Below are positions 14,887 to 26,216 of a stretch of DNA of 56,876 nt, in pieces. A program made the translations under genes and the position numbers. Where the stretch lies: contig NW_005434466.1 in assembly GCF_000315625.1 (NCBI RefSeq), positions 1 through 56,876 of the forward strand, given 5' to 3'. This stretch comes from Guillardia theta CCMP2712 (Eukaryota > Protista > Cryptophyta). The notes under the pieces are model-generated. The model made no database searches, was not told the origin of the DNA, and saw only the letters and a list, made by a program, of their open reading frames with translations. Numbering within the stretch: position 1 is the first letter of the stretch; every line of letters starts with the position of its first letter.

Positions 14887-15074
14887 GGCAGGGATGGAGT
14901 ACGAGCTGGACAGGGTGAAGACTCTGCCTAGAGCGGAGGAGATGCCGAGGGCGACGAGGGAGGAGCCGGTGACGCTGTCGTCTCTTGCGAACCACCTGGT
15001 CCATACCAGCTTGTCGAGGTCGAACGAGTAGAGGTCCGCAATGGTCTTGAAGACCATCCCGCTCGCTAACCCCC
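14887..15074 (-). pseudogene. Isolated 188-bp fragment of the giant LRR receptor gene (Kelch-like region)
   Basis: The reverse complement matches 30222-30409, and the corresponding part of copy B, with about 5 substitutions. It encodes GLASGMVFKTIADLYSFDLDKLVWTRWFARDD... The flanks are unrelated to the gene. Confidence 0.9.
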
Positions 15075-15572
15075 TGTCGTGTCCATGGAGGTGTATCTAC
15101 TCTGAGATGGCCTACAAATGTTTGCAAATGGAGCAGGACTTTACGTGAAGAGCGAGAAGAGGCGAGAGGAGAGATGGAGTAGTGTAGAAAAGAGGCGAAG
15201 CAAGGGAGAAGAGCAGAGCAGAGCAGAGGAGGGCCAGGGAAGTGAGCAGGCCAGGGAAAACAACACAGAGATCCGACAGAGTATCAGAAGGTAGCGAGGA
15301 GCGGAGCAGAGACAAAAGTAGAGAACAAGGAATGAGATAAGGTATGAAGGGGAAGAAGGCAAGGGGAGGGGAGGGGAGCAGTCAGGGGTAGAGAGACACC
15401 TCTCTCTTCCCTCCCTGCTCTCTTCCTGGGAAAGAGGAGAGGGAGAGGCCACAAGGGGGAGGGTCATGGAGGCAAGTCGAGTAGAAATCCATTAGAAAAA
15501 AAGACACTCTTATTAAATCATATCTAAACAATTTTTGAAAGTCATGGAATTCTACGATATCCACGTACATCT

Positions 15573-17486
15573 TCAAGCCTTGTCGTCACCAGGCTCATCG
15601 TCAGGCTTGCTCACGTGCTTATTCAAGAACTCGGTGACATCTTCGTCCGTGATTTCCCTCGCATGCAGCGAATGATGCATCCACCAATTCTTGGCTGCGT
15701 AGTGTGTCAACTTTACGCTTTTCTTTCCTTCCGCTCGCCCACAGAAGTAGTTGATGATGACAGAGCATTCGGAGGCTGACAACTTCGATGGCTGATTGGT
15801 CGCTAGATGACGAATCGTCAGCGCCGTGATCCCTGTCTTGTTGGACTCGATTGCGAACATTTCCAAGTTGAAGTCACTGAGGAACTTGGCTTGCCAGTAC
15901 AATGCTCCGATCACGGTGATGATGCTTGCAAGAGGGAAGACCGAGGTCGTGAAGTTGAACTGATGGGCTGCGATCGACGAAGAGTCCGTCACAAAGCCCT
16001 CACTCGTCGCTGCAGAATCGCCGAGGACAGCAAGAGCTGACACGACGACGAAGAGGAAATATTTCTCCATGAGGAACCCAAGGAACCTCTGACCCAAGTC
16101 GTCACACAACACCAACCCGATCAAGATGCAGGCCAGGATGGCAACAATCTGAGACGGGACTGATGTCACCCAAATCTTGAAAAAGAATCCGTCGAACAGC
16201 AGCACTACCACTCCTTCTGAGAAGCCGTACATGGCGTACTTGAGAGTGTTCTTCAACAGCTTGAAGTATTGGCGCTTGATATGGTCGATGGTGACAGCTT
16301 TTGGCTGTTCGCTGTAGAATGTCGATAGAATCTTGTCGTCAATTTCAACTTTCTTGTCCTTGACGTCAACGTTGGGCCCCATGAGCACAATGTCACCGTT
16401 GGGCATCATCACGCCCGCGGTCCCGTCAGCTTGCGAGTTGAGGGTGTAGAGGTTGAAGGTCGTAATGGGATTCCCAAGATTCCTTATGAGTACACAGTTT
16501 TCTCGAAGCTGTGAGAACAGTGATGAGATGGTATATTCGTCGTACTTGTCTTCAAACGCTAAGCTGATCAAAGTGACGTTCAAGAGCATCGGAATCGTCG
16601 CATAGTCCCCAGCTGGATTGCACAACAGGAGTGCCACACAGCAAACAATCTTCATGTACACTACGCGGTCATTGCCAAGCATACCAGTACAGAGCTGCTC
16701 GATAGTTTCGATCGTCAGCGCCTTCTGTGCTATCCCGAACACCACAGCAGCGTTGTCATACGAGCTGTCGCTGTAGAAGCCAGGAGTTGTGATGAGCATG
16801 AGCAGAAGCAGCACTATTCGCAGGCTCTCGCGCATGTTGACAATGTCCGACGGAAACATCCTTGACAAGAAGGCTGGATCCATGGTCGGGTCTTTTTTGC
16901 TGTGCTCAACCAACTTGGTGTACGCGGGGGTGTTGAACATCTCCTTGGACTCCTTGTAAGTCACTTCCGGGATCACCTTCTTTAGCAGTTGACGCAAACT
17001 CCATGTGGGAGAGAAGGAGAAGTCGATTCCTTCCGCCTTCATGTCCAGCACTTCTCCGTTCTCGCCCTTGACCTCCACCAATTTCAGGATGTTGTCTGTG
17101 AGATCGATATCCTGGTCAACTTCCTCGGGGAACACTGGGTCTTCATACTCCTTGAGCTCGATCTGCGCCATCTTCCTGTCTTTATCCAACGACAGTGTCC
17201 AGTAGAAGTCAAGCACCACCTGGCGGGGCGAGTAGCTCAACTCCGCCTCGTCGAGGAACTCGAAGATCTTTCGCAGCATCACGAGGTTCTCGGTGAAAGA
17301 CTCTGCGAAGAATGTGAGCCGCCCTTCTTCGTGGTATCCCTTGATCTCCGGGAACTTGTTCTTGTCATGAACGCAAACGAACGGTACGGCGCTTTGCATG
17401 GAGTCAAGGAGGAAGTCCGTCTTCTTCGATTTTTGCAACAAGTTGAGCATCTTGATTGTATCAAAGTATGACAAATGCTTCCTCAC
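15573..17486 (-). CDS. Intronless ~625-aa multi-pass membrane protein of unknown family
   Basis: Uninterrupted 1.9-kb ORF with protein-like composition and several hydrophobic segments (IVLLLLMLIT, IVCCVALLLC, IVAILACILIGLVLC, YFLFVVVSALAVL, VFPLASIITVIGALYW). First ATG is ~17450, so the true start is uncertain. Confidence 0.8.
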   Translation of the reverse strand: MRKHLSYFDTIKMLNLLQKSKKTDFLLDSMQSAVPFVCVHDKNKFPEIKGYHEEGRLTFFAESFTENLVMLRKIFEFLDEAELSYSPRQVVLDFYWTLSLDKDRKMAQIELKEYEDPVFPEEVDQDIDLTDNILKLVEVKGENGEVLDMKAEGIDFSFSPTWSLRQLLKKVIPEVTYKESKEMFNTPAYTKLVEHSKKDPTMDPAFLSRMFPSDIVNMRESLRIVLLLLMLITTPGFYSDSSYDNAAVVFGIAQKALTIETIEQLCTGMLGNDRVVYMKIVCCVALLLCNPAGDYATIPMLLNVTLISLAFEDKYDEYTISSLFSQLRENCVLIRNLGNPITTFNLYTLNSQADGTAGVMMPNGDIVLMGPNVDVKDKKVEIDDKILSTFYSEQPKAVTIDHIKRQYFKLLKNTLKYAMYGFSEGVVVLLFDGFFFKIWVTSVPSQIVAILACILIGLVLCDDLGQRFLGFLMEKYFLFVVVSALAVLGDSAATSEGFVTDSSSIAAHQFNFTTSVFPLASIITVIGALYWQAKFLSDFNLEMFAIESNKTGITALTIRHLATNQPSKLSASECSVIINYFCGRAEGKKSVKLTHYAAKNWWMHHSLHAREITDEDVTEFLNKHVSKPDDEPGDDKA

Positions 17487-18189
17487 AGTCTCTGAGATTC
17501 AGTGTCTTCGCACTTGATGTCTCCGATCGTCTCCTCCCGAAGTTCTCCTGCTCCTTCTCCTTCCCGAGTACGGCGCCTGCCACGATCCTTCCGTTCCTCG
17601 CCCACAATGTACCTTATATTATGCCCTCCAGCCCTTTTCGTGTCCTAGGACTCCGATCTCTATCTTCCTAGTACCTTGTCCTATTACTTGACTTTGATCA
17701 GTGATAGGCAACTCATGATCCCATTTCGTGCCTACTTGTGACAGTACCACCCCACCCCACCCTTGCAAGCAATCCAACAATAAAACCACCCCCACCCCCC
17801 GGTGCTATCCAACCGAACCCCCAGCTGACGGAATCCCATTGTGTGTCGCTCAGTCCGTTGGACGGTGGCCGCCGGTGGCAGTTACAGGAACCGTTGACCG
17901 TTACATCAGCCGTTGAACGCTCCGAGCCACTGCCGGGCGCAGTGGCAGTAACGCGGACAGGGCCCGTACCGATATTTTAACTCAACTTCAATAAGTATAA
18001 GGATTTTGACCCTCATACCGTCAGTCAACTGCCGCAATCAGAGCAGCGATCACGAACCGTACGGCTGCTGCAAGAAGAAGAAGTGGAGGAAGAGGAAGAA
18101 GAAGAAGAAGAGAGAGGAGGGAGAGGGAGGAGGAGGGAGAGGGAGGAGGAAGACTGAGAGGAGGCGGCAGTCTCTTGACTTGTTCATGC

Positions 18190-20219
18190 AGGGTGTCAAG
18201 CATGCTGAGGGGGTCACAATCTCGTACACGAGAGCGGCAGCAATGTAAGCGGCTTCAGCCTGAAGCTCATCAGCCGATCTCCTCCTCTCCTCCTCTCCTC
18301 CTCTCCTCCTCTCCTCCTCTCCTCCTCTCCTCCTCTCCTCCTCCCCTCCTCTCCTCCTCTCCTCCTCTCCTCCTCTCCTCCTCTCCTCCTCTCCTCCTCT
18401 CCTCCTCTCCTCCTCTCCTCCTCTCCTCCTCTCCTCACCTCTTGGCAGGTACTTTCGGAATTGGGACGAAGAAGTCTATTATCGAGGAGGAGATGTCGCG
18501 GTCTAGTGAGCTGCCAGTCCGATCGAACCGCTAGGGTCGCACACGATGACAGTGATGGCAGGGGCCGCATGACTACATCGACGCCTTCTATCATGGCGTG
18601 TACCGCGATGGCAGCAGGAATGTTGTTGGAGGATCGTTCAGCCCCTCGAGAGAGGTAACATCGTGCCCCCTCCTCCTCCCAAGCCTCTGCCCCCTCACCC
18701 TCCCTCCTCCGTCTCAACGACACTTGTGCTTCTTTGCTGCTCCGTCGCCGCTCTACGTGACTTGATGTCATCCGAAGATTGGCGCGACCATTTCGGGGAC
18801 TAGGAAAGCGCCGTCAGGTCTACCCTGCCCTGCTCATCAGCCCGCTGAAGTTGTTCTCAGTTGCTTCATCCCTCCCATCACCCCAGGGAAGGGAGAGGCC
18901 TCGGAACTTGACGCATCCTCTGAAGAGTGAGCAGACGTCGAGCGCACCATGGCGGGAGCTGATCGTTGCTTGCAAGGAAACCAGTGCAGGTGGTACGACG
19001 TGGATCTACACTCAGGCCGGATCAGCCCAGCGATGAAGGTGATGTGTTGCGAGGGGGAGGACGAGTGAAGGTTGAGGCGACCTGTTGCAGGTGAAGTCCC
19101 AGCAACGGCAGCAGGGTGCGGGTCTCAACGGGTCGTTTCTGTGGAGTGAGAAGAAAAGTTCCTGGATAACGCAAACGTCCAAGACAGCCGTCCACAGAAA
19201 TCTTGACCAACACCCTTGGATACAGACCGACGCCCGTTTCTTCATGGTGTGACATGAACTCGAAGGATGGGTTGCTCATGGTCTCGGTTCTACCCCAAGC
19301 TGATGATGATGGAGATGATGATGATGATGATGATGATGATGAGGATGGAGATGATGATGAGGATGATGATGGAGACGAGGATGGAGACGAGGATGGGGAC
19401 GACATTGCAGAAACTTGTCAAGCTGACGGTGGTTACAGCCGGAGCAATCCCGCAGATCAAACCTTCCGACAATGACGATGAGGTAGGACAAGAAGAAGTC
19501 TGGAGATGTTGAGATAAGATCGAGTTGTTCAATGAGCAGATGTGTTGACTCTCGTGACGTGTTTGACTTGTCCTGTACAGATCTAGCACCTCCCTTGGAC
19601 TCCGTCGTGGAGAGGTGAACAGGAAATCAGAAAGACAAGGGAGGGCTGACTCACTTGCATTCTCGGTGCAGGATGGAAGGCAGGAGGAGATAGAAGAATC
19701 TTTCAAGATGTCAACGAGGAGGAGAACATTCAACGTGAGTCGATTCATAGCTTCCTCTCCTCTCTCCTCCCTCCTCCCCCCTCTCTCCTCCTTCCTCCCT
19801 CCTCCCTCCTCTCTCCTCCCTCCTCTCTCCTCTCTCCTCCCTCCTCTCTCCTCCCTCCCCTCTCCTCCTTCCTCCCTCCTCCCCCCTCCTCCCCCCTCTC
19901 TCCTCTTTCCTCCCCCCTCTCTCCTCTTTCCTCCCTCCTCTTTCCTCTCTCTTCCTCCCCCTCTTTCTCCCTCTCACCTCACTTCACTCACAGCAGGAAG
20001 AACTTCAAGGTTGGACAACGTCCTGTCTTTCTCCCGCTTACAATCAGCAGACAGCCTGCGGTACCAGATCGACTCGATTACTTCGTGGCGGGAAGAGGAG
20101 GAGGAGGAGGAGGAGCCACTGAATCCTAGTCAAGAAGACTTTCAAGGTGATCGAAAGAGAAGTCGATGGAGGTGGCAAGGGGGGGGGCAGGTGAAAGACA
20201 GAAATGAACGAGGAGGGGG

Positions 20220-20259
<40 letters not shown>

Positions 20260-22281
20260 TAACAAAATGAGCAGGAGAAACTCGTAGACTGACGAGAGAA
20301 GAGCTTGCTAGGACCCAACATCATGAAGGTTTGGACAAGAGATGTTTTTGCTTTCTCCCTTCCTTTCCTCTTCCACCTTCTCCTCCTCCTTGTTCTCCTC
20401 TTCCTCTTCCTCCTCCCTCCTCTCCTCCATTCTCCCTTCTTTTCCTTCTGACTGGCTCTTTCTGCAGGAATTCGTCATCCCCCCAAAGAAAATTTCGACC
20501 TGCGCTCGTGGGTTGTTCATCTCAAGGCAATGCTTTACCTATGTCCCTGCATCCCACTTTCCCTCCTTCCCTTCCACTCCTCCTCCTCTCTTCTCCTCCT
20601 TCTCTCCTCCTCTCCTCCTCTCCTCCTCTCCTCCTCTCCTCCTCTCCTCCTCTCCTCCTCTCCTCCTCTCCTCCTCTCCTCCTCTCCTCCTTCTCTCCCC
20701 TCTCCTCCTCTCCTCCTCTCCTCCTCTCCATCGATNNNNNNNNNNNNNNNNNNNNNNNNNNNNNNNNNNNNNNNNNNNNNNNNNNNNNNNNNNNNNNNNN
20801 NNNNNNNNNNNNNNNNNNNNNNNNNNNNNNNNNNNNNNNNNNNNNNNNNNNNNNNNNNNNNNNNNNTGACTTGACATCTTCCTTCTTCTTGGTTTCCTCA
20901 ATTCAGCTCGCTGCTTCTCTCGTTTTGGACTCAACACAACTTGCCGAAGACAAGGATGCATCAGATCAAGTCGCAAGGTCCTTCCTCCTCCTCCTCCTCC
21001 TCCTCCTCCTCCTCCCTCCTCCTCCTCCTCCTCCCTCCTCCTCCTTCCATTTCGCTTCCTCCTCCTCCTCTTCCTTCTCTTTCCACTCCCCCGCTCTCTT
21101 CTCTGTCTTTCTGCCTGTTGACTCTTATCATCGATCAGCCTCATCACTCCCAAGGAAGCAAGATCGTACCAGAAGCTCGCTCCTCTTCGCAAGGTCATTG
21201 TCTCCCTCCTTCCTTATCCCATTCCCTTCGTCCTTCATCATCATCATCATCATCATCTCCATCATCATCATCATCATCTCCATCATCATCATCATCACCA
21301 CCACCACCACCACCATCATCATCATCTCCATCATCATCATCATCTCCATCATCATCATCTCCATCATCATCATCTCCATCATCATCATCACCGTCTCATC
21401 GTCGTACTCTCGCTCCTCCTCCTCCTCGTCCTTACACATCGGCAGGCTGTCTCGTTCTTGTCAGACGAAGTCGTTTACAACATCTTGAAGCGATACGACA
21501 GTGAGAGACAAGGTGAGCGACTTCAGTCAGGATAGGATGGACAAGGGGAAGGGGAGAGAGAAGAAGTGCAGGAGAGTGGGCGGGAGGAGAGAAAGAGAGA
21601 GGAGGAAGAGGAGAAAGGAGAATGAGAAAGGAGGAGAACGAAGGAGGAAAAAAAAGGGGAAGGAGAAAGGAGGAGAAAGGAGGGGAGGGAGAAAGGAGGA
21701 CGAGGACGAGGAGGAGGAGGTGGTGGTGGTGGTGGTGTTGGAGAGAGGAGGAGGATCTGACTGCACGCAGGAGAGATATCAGAGGCGTCGCTGATCGAGG
21801 GGATGAAGGAGATGGTAGAGATGTCAAGACAGTGAGATGAAGTCTCGTCTTGTGACCCGCTGACTGAGAGCAACAGGAGCGAAAGAGATCTCGACGTCCC
21901 TTTCCTCCTCCTCCTCTTCCGCAAGGTCCTCCCCTCCCAACCCCCTCCCTGCCTCCGCCTTCGCCTCCGTCTCCGCTGCTTCCTCCAACTCCTCCCCTTT
22001 CTTCTCCTGTTTTTACTCTACCTCCTTTTTCTCCTCTCCCTTCTCTCTTCCTCGTCCTCGTCCTCGTCCTCCTCGTCGTCCTCCCTTTGCTAAGATTTTC
22101 CATGCAGGAGAAGCTTGTAGAGAAAGACAGAGTGAACTATCTTCAGTTCCTCTCTTTCGTCATCAACGCGGTCAATTGATCAACCTTGCGGAGTCCTTGT
22201 CTTATCATGAGGGTCGAGGAGTTTGAGTTGAAGATGTTTGTTGATCGTGACAAGTACAAGAAGCAGAAACAGAGTGCGTGA
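18190..22281 (+). CDS. Intron-rich gene (possibly two) ending in a degenerate EF-hand-like pair
   Basis: A chain of short exons with AG/GT boundaries lies between microsatellite introns, e.g. GPHDYIDAFYHGVYRDG, AVSFLSDEVVYNILKRYDSERQ|GEISEASLIEGMKEM and EKLVEKDRVNYLQFLSFVINA. The 5' end and exon joins are uncertain, and the gene spans an N-gap. Confidence 0.5.
20736..20866. other. Assembly gap (N run)
   Basis: Run of n within a CT-rich repeat tract. Confidence 1.
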
Positions 22282-22417
22282 CAACGACGAAATCCTTCTC
22301 CTGCAAGAGCAGCGGAATATCTCCTGATACTATCACAACAAGAACCTACTCTTGACCACCAAAACCAACACCATCACCATCATCAACAACAACCATGAAT
22401 AGATCGGACTCATTTCA

Positions 22418-22986
22418 TCATCGCAATACCCACAAAACAGACATCACAGGAGTAGTCGGCGAGCTCGCGCTCTTCAAAGGTAGTACACAGGTCCCACCAT
22501 ACGCGCTCTCTCCCCCGGTTGATCTGGAAAGACAATGTGAGCTGAGCCAACAGAGGAGGAGCGAGGAGGTTGACCCATGACGTGCTTCTTGGTGCTGCTG
22601 ATACTGTCTTGTATGCTGCTCATGTTGTGTCACTGCCACATCTACGACCACTCTTGCTAACCTCGCCATCATCTTCGATCTATCTTGTGCCTCCCCTTGC
22701 AGTCTGCTCGGGCTAGTTTGTTGCCTGCTCGGGCTAGTTTGTTGCCTGCTCGGGCTGGTTTGCTGCCTGCTCGGGCTGGCGGACCATCTCAGTTGTGAAG
22801 GTGAAGGTCGTAGCTTTACCTCCCTCCTTGTTTCGATGTCATCAGCAGCTTCATCTCGTCCAGCTGATGCGCAACAAGACATGTTACAGCCGTCGTCGTA
22901 ATCGTGGTCATCAGCATCATTATCATCATCTCCATCATCATCTCCATCATCATCATCAGCATCATCATCTCCATCATCATCATCAT

Positions 22987-23058
<72 letters not shown>

Positions 23059-24030
23059 GTCATGTTCAATCACCACTCACCCTCGCTCGAGACTCCTCGA
23101 GCTGCTTCTTTGTCTCTTCCAACTCCCTGCTCCATTTTTCAGCACCTCCTCGATCTCTGCCCTCCTCACTTTCCTCTTCCTGTACGCAAAGTTCTCTTGC
23201 ACCAGCGGAGAGTTGCTCGCGCTATGGTGATGGTGATTGGTCCTGAGCTGAGGATAAGAAGGAAGGGAGGTGCGAGGAAAGTGCCGGTCACCGGAGGTTG
23301 TTTGAATCAATCTGAAGGTCTGCCGCTCCTTTCTTCCTGGGATCTGCAATTGCAGATCATACTGGTCAGTCCTTTTGAACATCAACGAAAGTTTGGCGAC
23401 CTTGATTGTTCTGCTGGCATGTGAACGATCGCAGAAGGAAGAGGAGAGGAGAGGAGAGGAGAGGAGAGGAGAGGAGAGGAGAGGAGAGGAGAGATAGAGA
23501 AGAGAAAAAAAAGAAGAAGCATTAACAACAGCATCTGGAAAGATCGTCTCATCCTACATCGCTCTGCCTTGCCCTCGCAAATGTATCCCCAGCGTCTCCC
23601 CGATTCTCTCTCCTGCCCTCCTTGACCACCCCACCTGCCAATCCCCGTCACCTTCCCCACCGCAAACCCACCAGCCCACCACCTCCTCCTCCTCCTATCG
23701 CTTCCGCTCTCCTGTCCAAGTAACGAGGCCGATCTCCCACCACTTGACCCATCATGTCAAGCTCTGAAACAATCTTGTTCGCTATCGTCAGCCCCTCAGC
23801 ACGACACCTGGCCCAGAACTGACCTGGACAGGAGCTGGATGAGGAGCTGGAGAGAATTTTTCCCTGCGCCGTTCCCGTGCCGGAGGGGAGACGGAACGAT
23901 CGCTGCAAGTGACGTCGTCAACTCAGCAGACGACTTCCTCCATCTGCTTCACTTCGTTCGCTTCAGGAAGGGCAGGAGGCTCTCCGGCGCAAAGTCATCG
24001 TGAGGAGGAGAAGCTTCACGGGCTGCGGGG
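22418..24030 (-). CDS. Probable multi-exon gene of unknown function, includes 21-bp SPSRQQT repeats
   Basis: Protein-like segments between microsatellite introns with minus-strand GT/AG sites, and a 21-bp repeat x3-4 at ~22703-22780. No family recognised; it could be a continuation of the SWIM gene. Confidence 0.3.
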
Positions 24031-24234
24031 AGTCAGAAGACAGGGGGGGGGGGGGAGGAGGCGACAACGTTGGACACCAGCGACGGATACAAACACGAGC
24101 AAACAACCAAAAAGTCGCAGAGATCACAGAAATGAGACAGTTGTCAGTGTACGGCGAGAGGAGGACGTGTATTCGGATTCATGCAGCAATCATGTGATGT
24201 CACATCTCACAGGGGATACCAAGACAAGAGATCA

Positions 24235-25613
24235 TCAAAGTTCATCGCAAGCCGCATCATCCTTCCAACGAGCACGTTCATTACCAAGATGGCTGTCAAA
24301 TTGTGGGGAGCTGCTGAAGTCCATTTTCTTCTTGACGGCGCTCCCTTGCTTCGAGATGCTCGCTGCTACCGCTCTTAGAGGAGGGAAATCAAACCCAACA
24401 CGGTAGCTCACGGCTCTGACTTGAAAAGATGGAAGAGGCAAAAGAGGCAACGTCGGGGGTTTCCTCGTTGGAGAAGGGAGAGAGTAACGAGAGGTTGTGA
24501 AGGTGAGAGCTGTTTTGCTCTTGATCCTGTTGTTTGCTGTCTGCGAAGCAAGAAAGAAGAAGCCAAGAGTAAAGAAATGGATTCAAAACAACCTCTCCTT
24601 GGAGAGAGAGCAGGCAGCGCTACCGTTCTTCGAAGGGGTCTGGTATGTGTTGCCTTTCCCTTTGAGCTTCGACTTGTTGGAGCTTGCTTCAACTTGTTTC
24701 TCATGTTCCTGCTCGCTGTCAAGCACCTGATACTTTTCTTCCTCCTTGCTCGGTGTGATAACGCTGTCCACCATGGCCGAGACTGCCGTCCACTCCCTCT
24801 CAAGCTCTCCCTGCTCCTTGTCCAGCTTTGCCTTTGCGATGATTTGTTCGTACTCCTTCTCCTTCATCTTCTCCTGCAGTGTAAAACGAGTCAAACTCAA
24901 TGAAAGAAGTCTCCTTCACGACTGAGGGGATAATGATTCGACGTGAGGGCAGGACAAGGTGGGGCAAGAGCATCACCGCAAGGCGATGCTCGTCTTGCTG
25001 CTTCTTCAACCTCCTGTACGTCTTCCTCGTCATCTCTCCTCCCACTTGTCCCACGCGCGCAAGCTGCAAAACATCTTGAGCCGCCAGCACAAACCGACTC
25101 CCCTGCCGACCTCCAACTCGCGACCAAGAAACGCCTGGAGGTGCTTGCAGGTTCTCATCTCACGCGGAACAGTGTCCAGCGCTTGATAGCGCCAGAGCGG
25201 GCAAGTACAGGAGATTATCAACCCCTTCTTCTGCATCACGTAGCTCCTTCCATTCGATCCCATGACGCTGATTGGTTGCCCGCTGGACAAGAAAACCCTT
25301 CAGTCGCAGAGCCTGCTTCCTCGCAGGAGCAGGGACTACCTTTCGAACTGATTCCTCTGCGATGTGAGGTTGGCGGTCCAGCCACCATTGCCTTCCCGAT
25401 GCAGTTCATCCATATCAGCCCTGAGGTAAGAGGTATGAGATTTTAAACTGAGCGGGGTATACATCCGTCTCCTTCTACCCTAGCTGACTCTCTATCCTCT
25501 CCTTTCTCTTCTCTCCAATTTTCCTCTCCTCCTCCTGCGCCTCCTCCTCCCTCGTCCCCCCAGCCTCCTCCGTTTCCCTTCCCCTCCCGGGCATTTGCTT
25601 CGCAGCCAGCCAT
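24235..25613 (-). CDS. SWIM zinc-finger protein with a charged coiled-coil C-terminal half
   Basis: Spliced ...GQPISVMGSNGRSYVMQKKGLIISCTCPLWRYQ...MRTCKHLQAFLGRELE|LARVG contains CxC-x(n)-CxH. ATG at 25613; the 3' end is approximate. Confidence 0.68.
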
Positions 25614-25961
25614 GGCTCAACGGTCTTCAAACACAGTGTTTCTTGTAACACGTCTATGACACCATGATTAAACTAAATTCTAGTGATATATATTTTCATT
25701 TACTATTGATTATTGGAATTAAGTGATAATAATAAGGACCCACCCACCAGAAGCCGGGACCCCTTGTCCCCTGACCCGACGAAATTTCCTTGTCCGAGGA
25801 ATCACTCTAGTATATCAGACCGTTACAGGCCGTCTCACTGTAACGAAACCAATAACGGCGTTTGTAACTGTTATACGACCGTTACACACAGCGCTATGCC
25901 GGTATAACGGAATTAACTTGCGCTAGTACCACGGCACTTTTAAAAAAAAAGGATTTCAAAG

Positions 25962-26005
25962 GACTCGATTTCGATCCGGAATATAGTACTGAGTTTACTA
26001 CAGCA
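25962..26005 (+). promoter_or_regulatory. Conserved upstream element shared by both giant LRR receptor copies (TAGTACTGAGTTTACTACAGCA)
   Basis: Exact 22-mer at 25984-26005, with its reverse complement at 47279-47300. Each is preceded by GACTC(G/C)ATTTCGAT. The rest of the upstream DNA is not alignable by eye. Confidence 0.55.
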
Positions 26006-26216
26006 AGCACGGTTGACAATTATTGTCATGCAATGCCAAAGCTAGCTGGACGGCATGACCCACCCCATGTCAACTCGTCACAAGTTCATAGGGCAGTGCT
26101 AGGACCTCTCTAGAACATTGACTTTCCTAGGACCCTGCTACGACCAGGAATGCCAGTCATCGTTATAAAAGCCCCTGCTCGAGCACCTGCTGCTCGAGCC
26201 TTGAAGGCAGTGAGCG

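Noticed and set aside
18000-19300. Minus-strand gene (arginase-like AAALVYEI segment)
   Set aside because: No metal-binding motifs were found, and the splice signals fit a plus-strand exon chain better.
19267-19300. MGC myristoylation/palmitoylation start
   Set aside because: The frame runs into a microsatellite, and an alternative frame splices cleanly into the next exon.
19267-23230. Poly-M/H/I/S/D ORFs in the ORF track (also near 54000-55030 and 56140-56400)
   Set aside because: They are translations of intronic (GAT)/(CAT)/(CCT) microsatellites.
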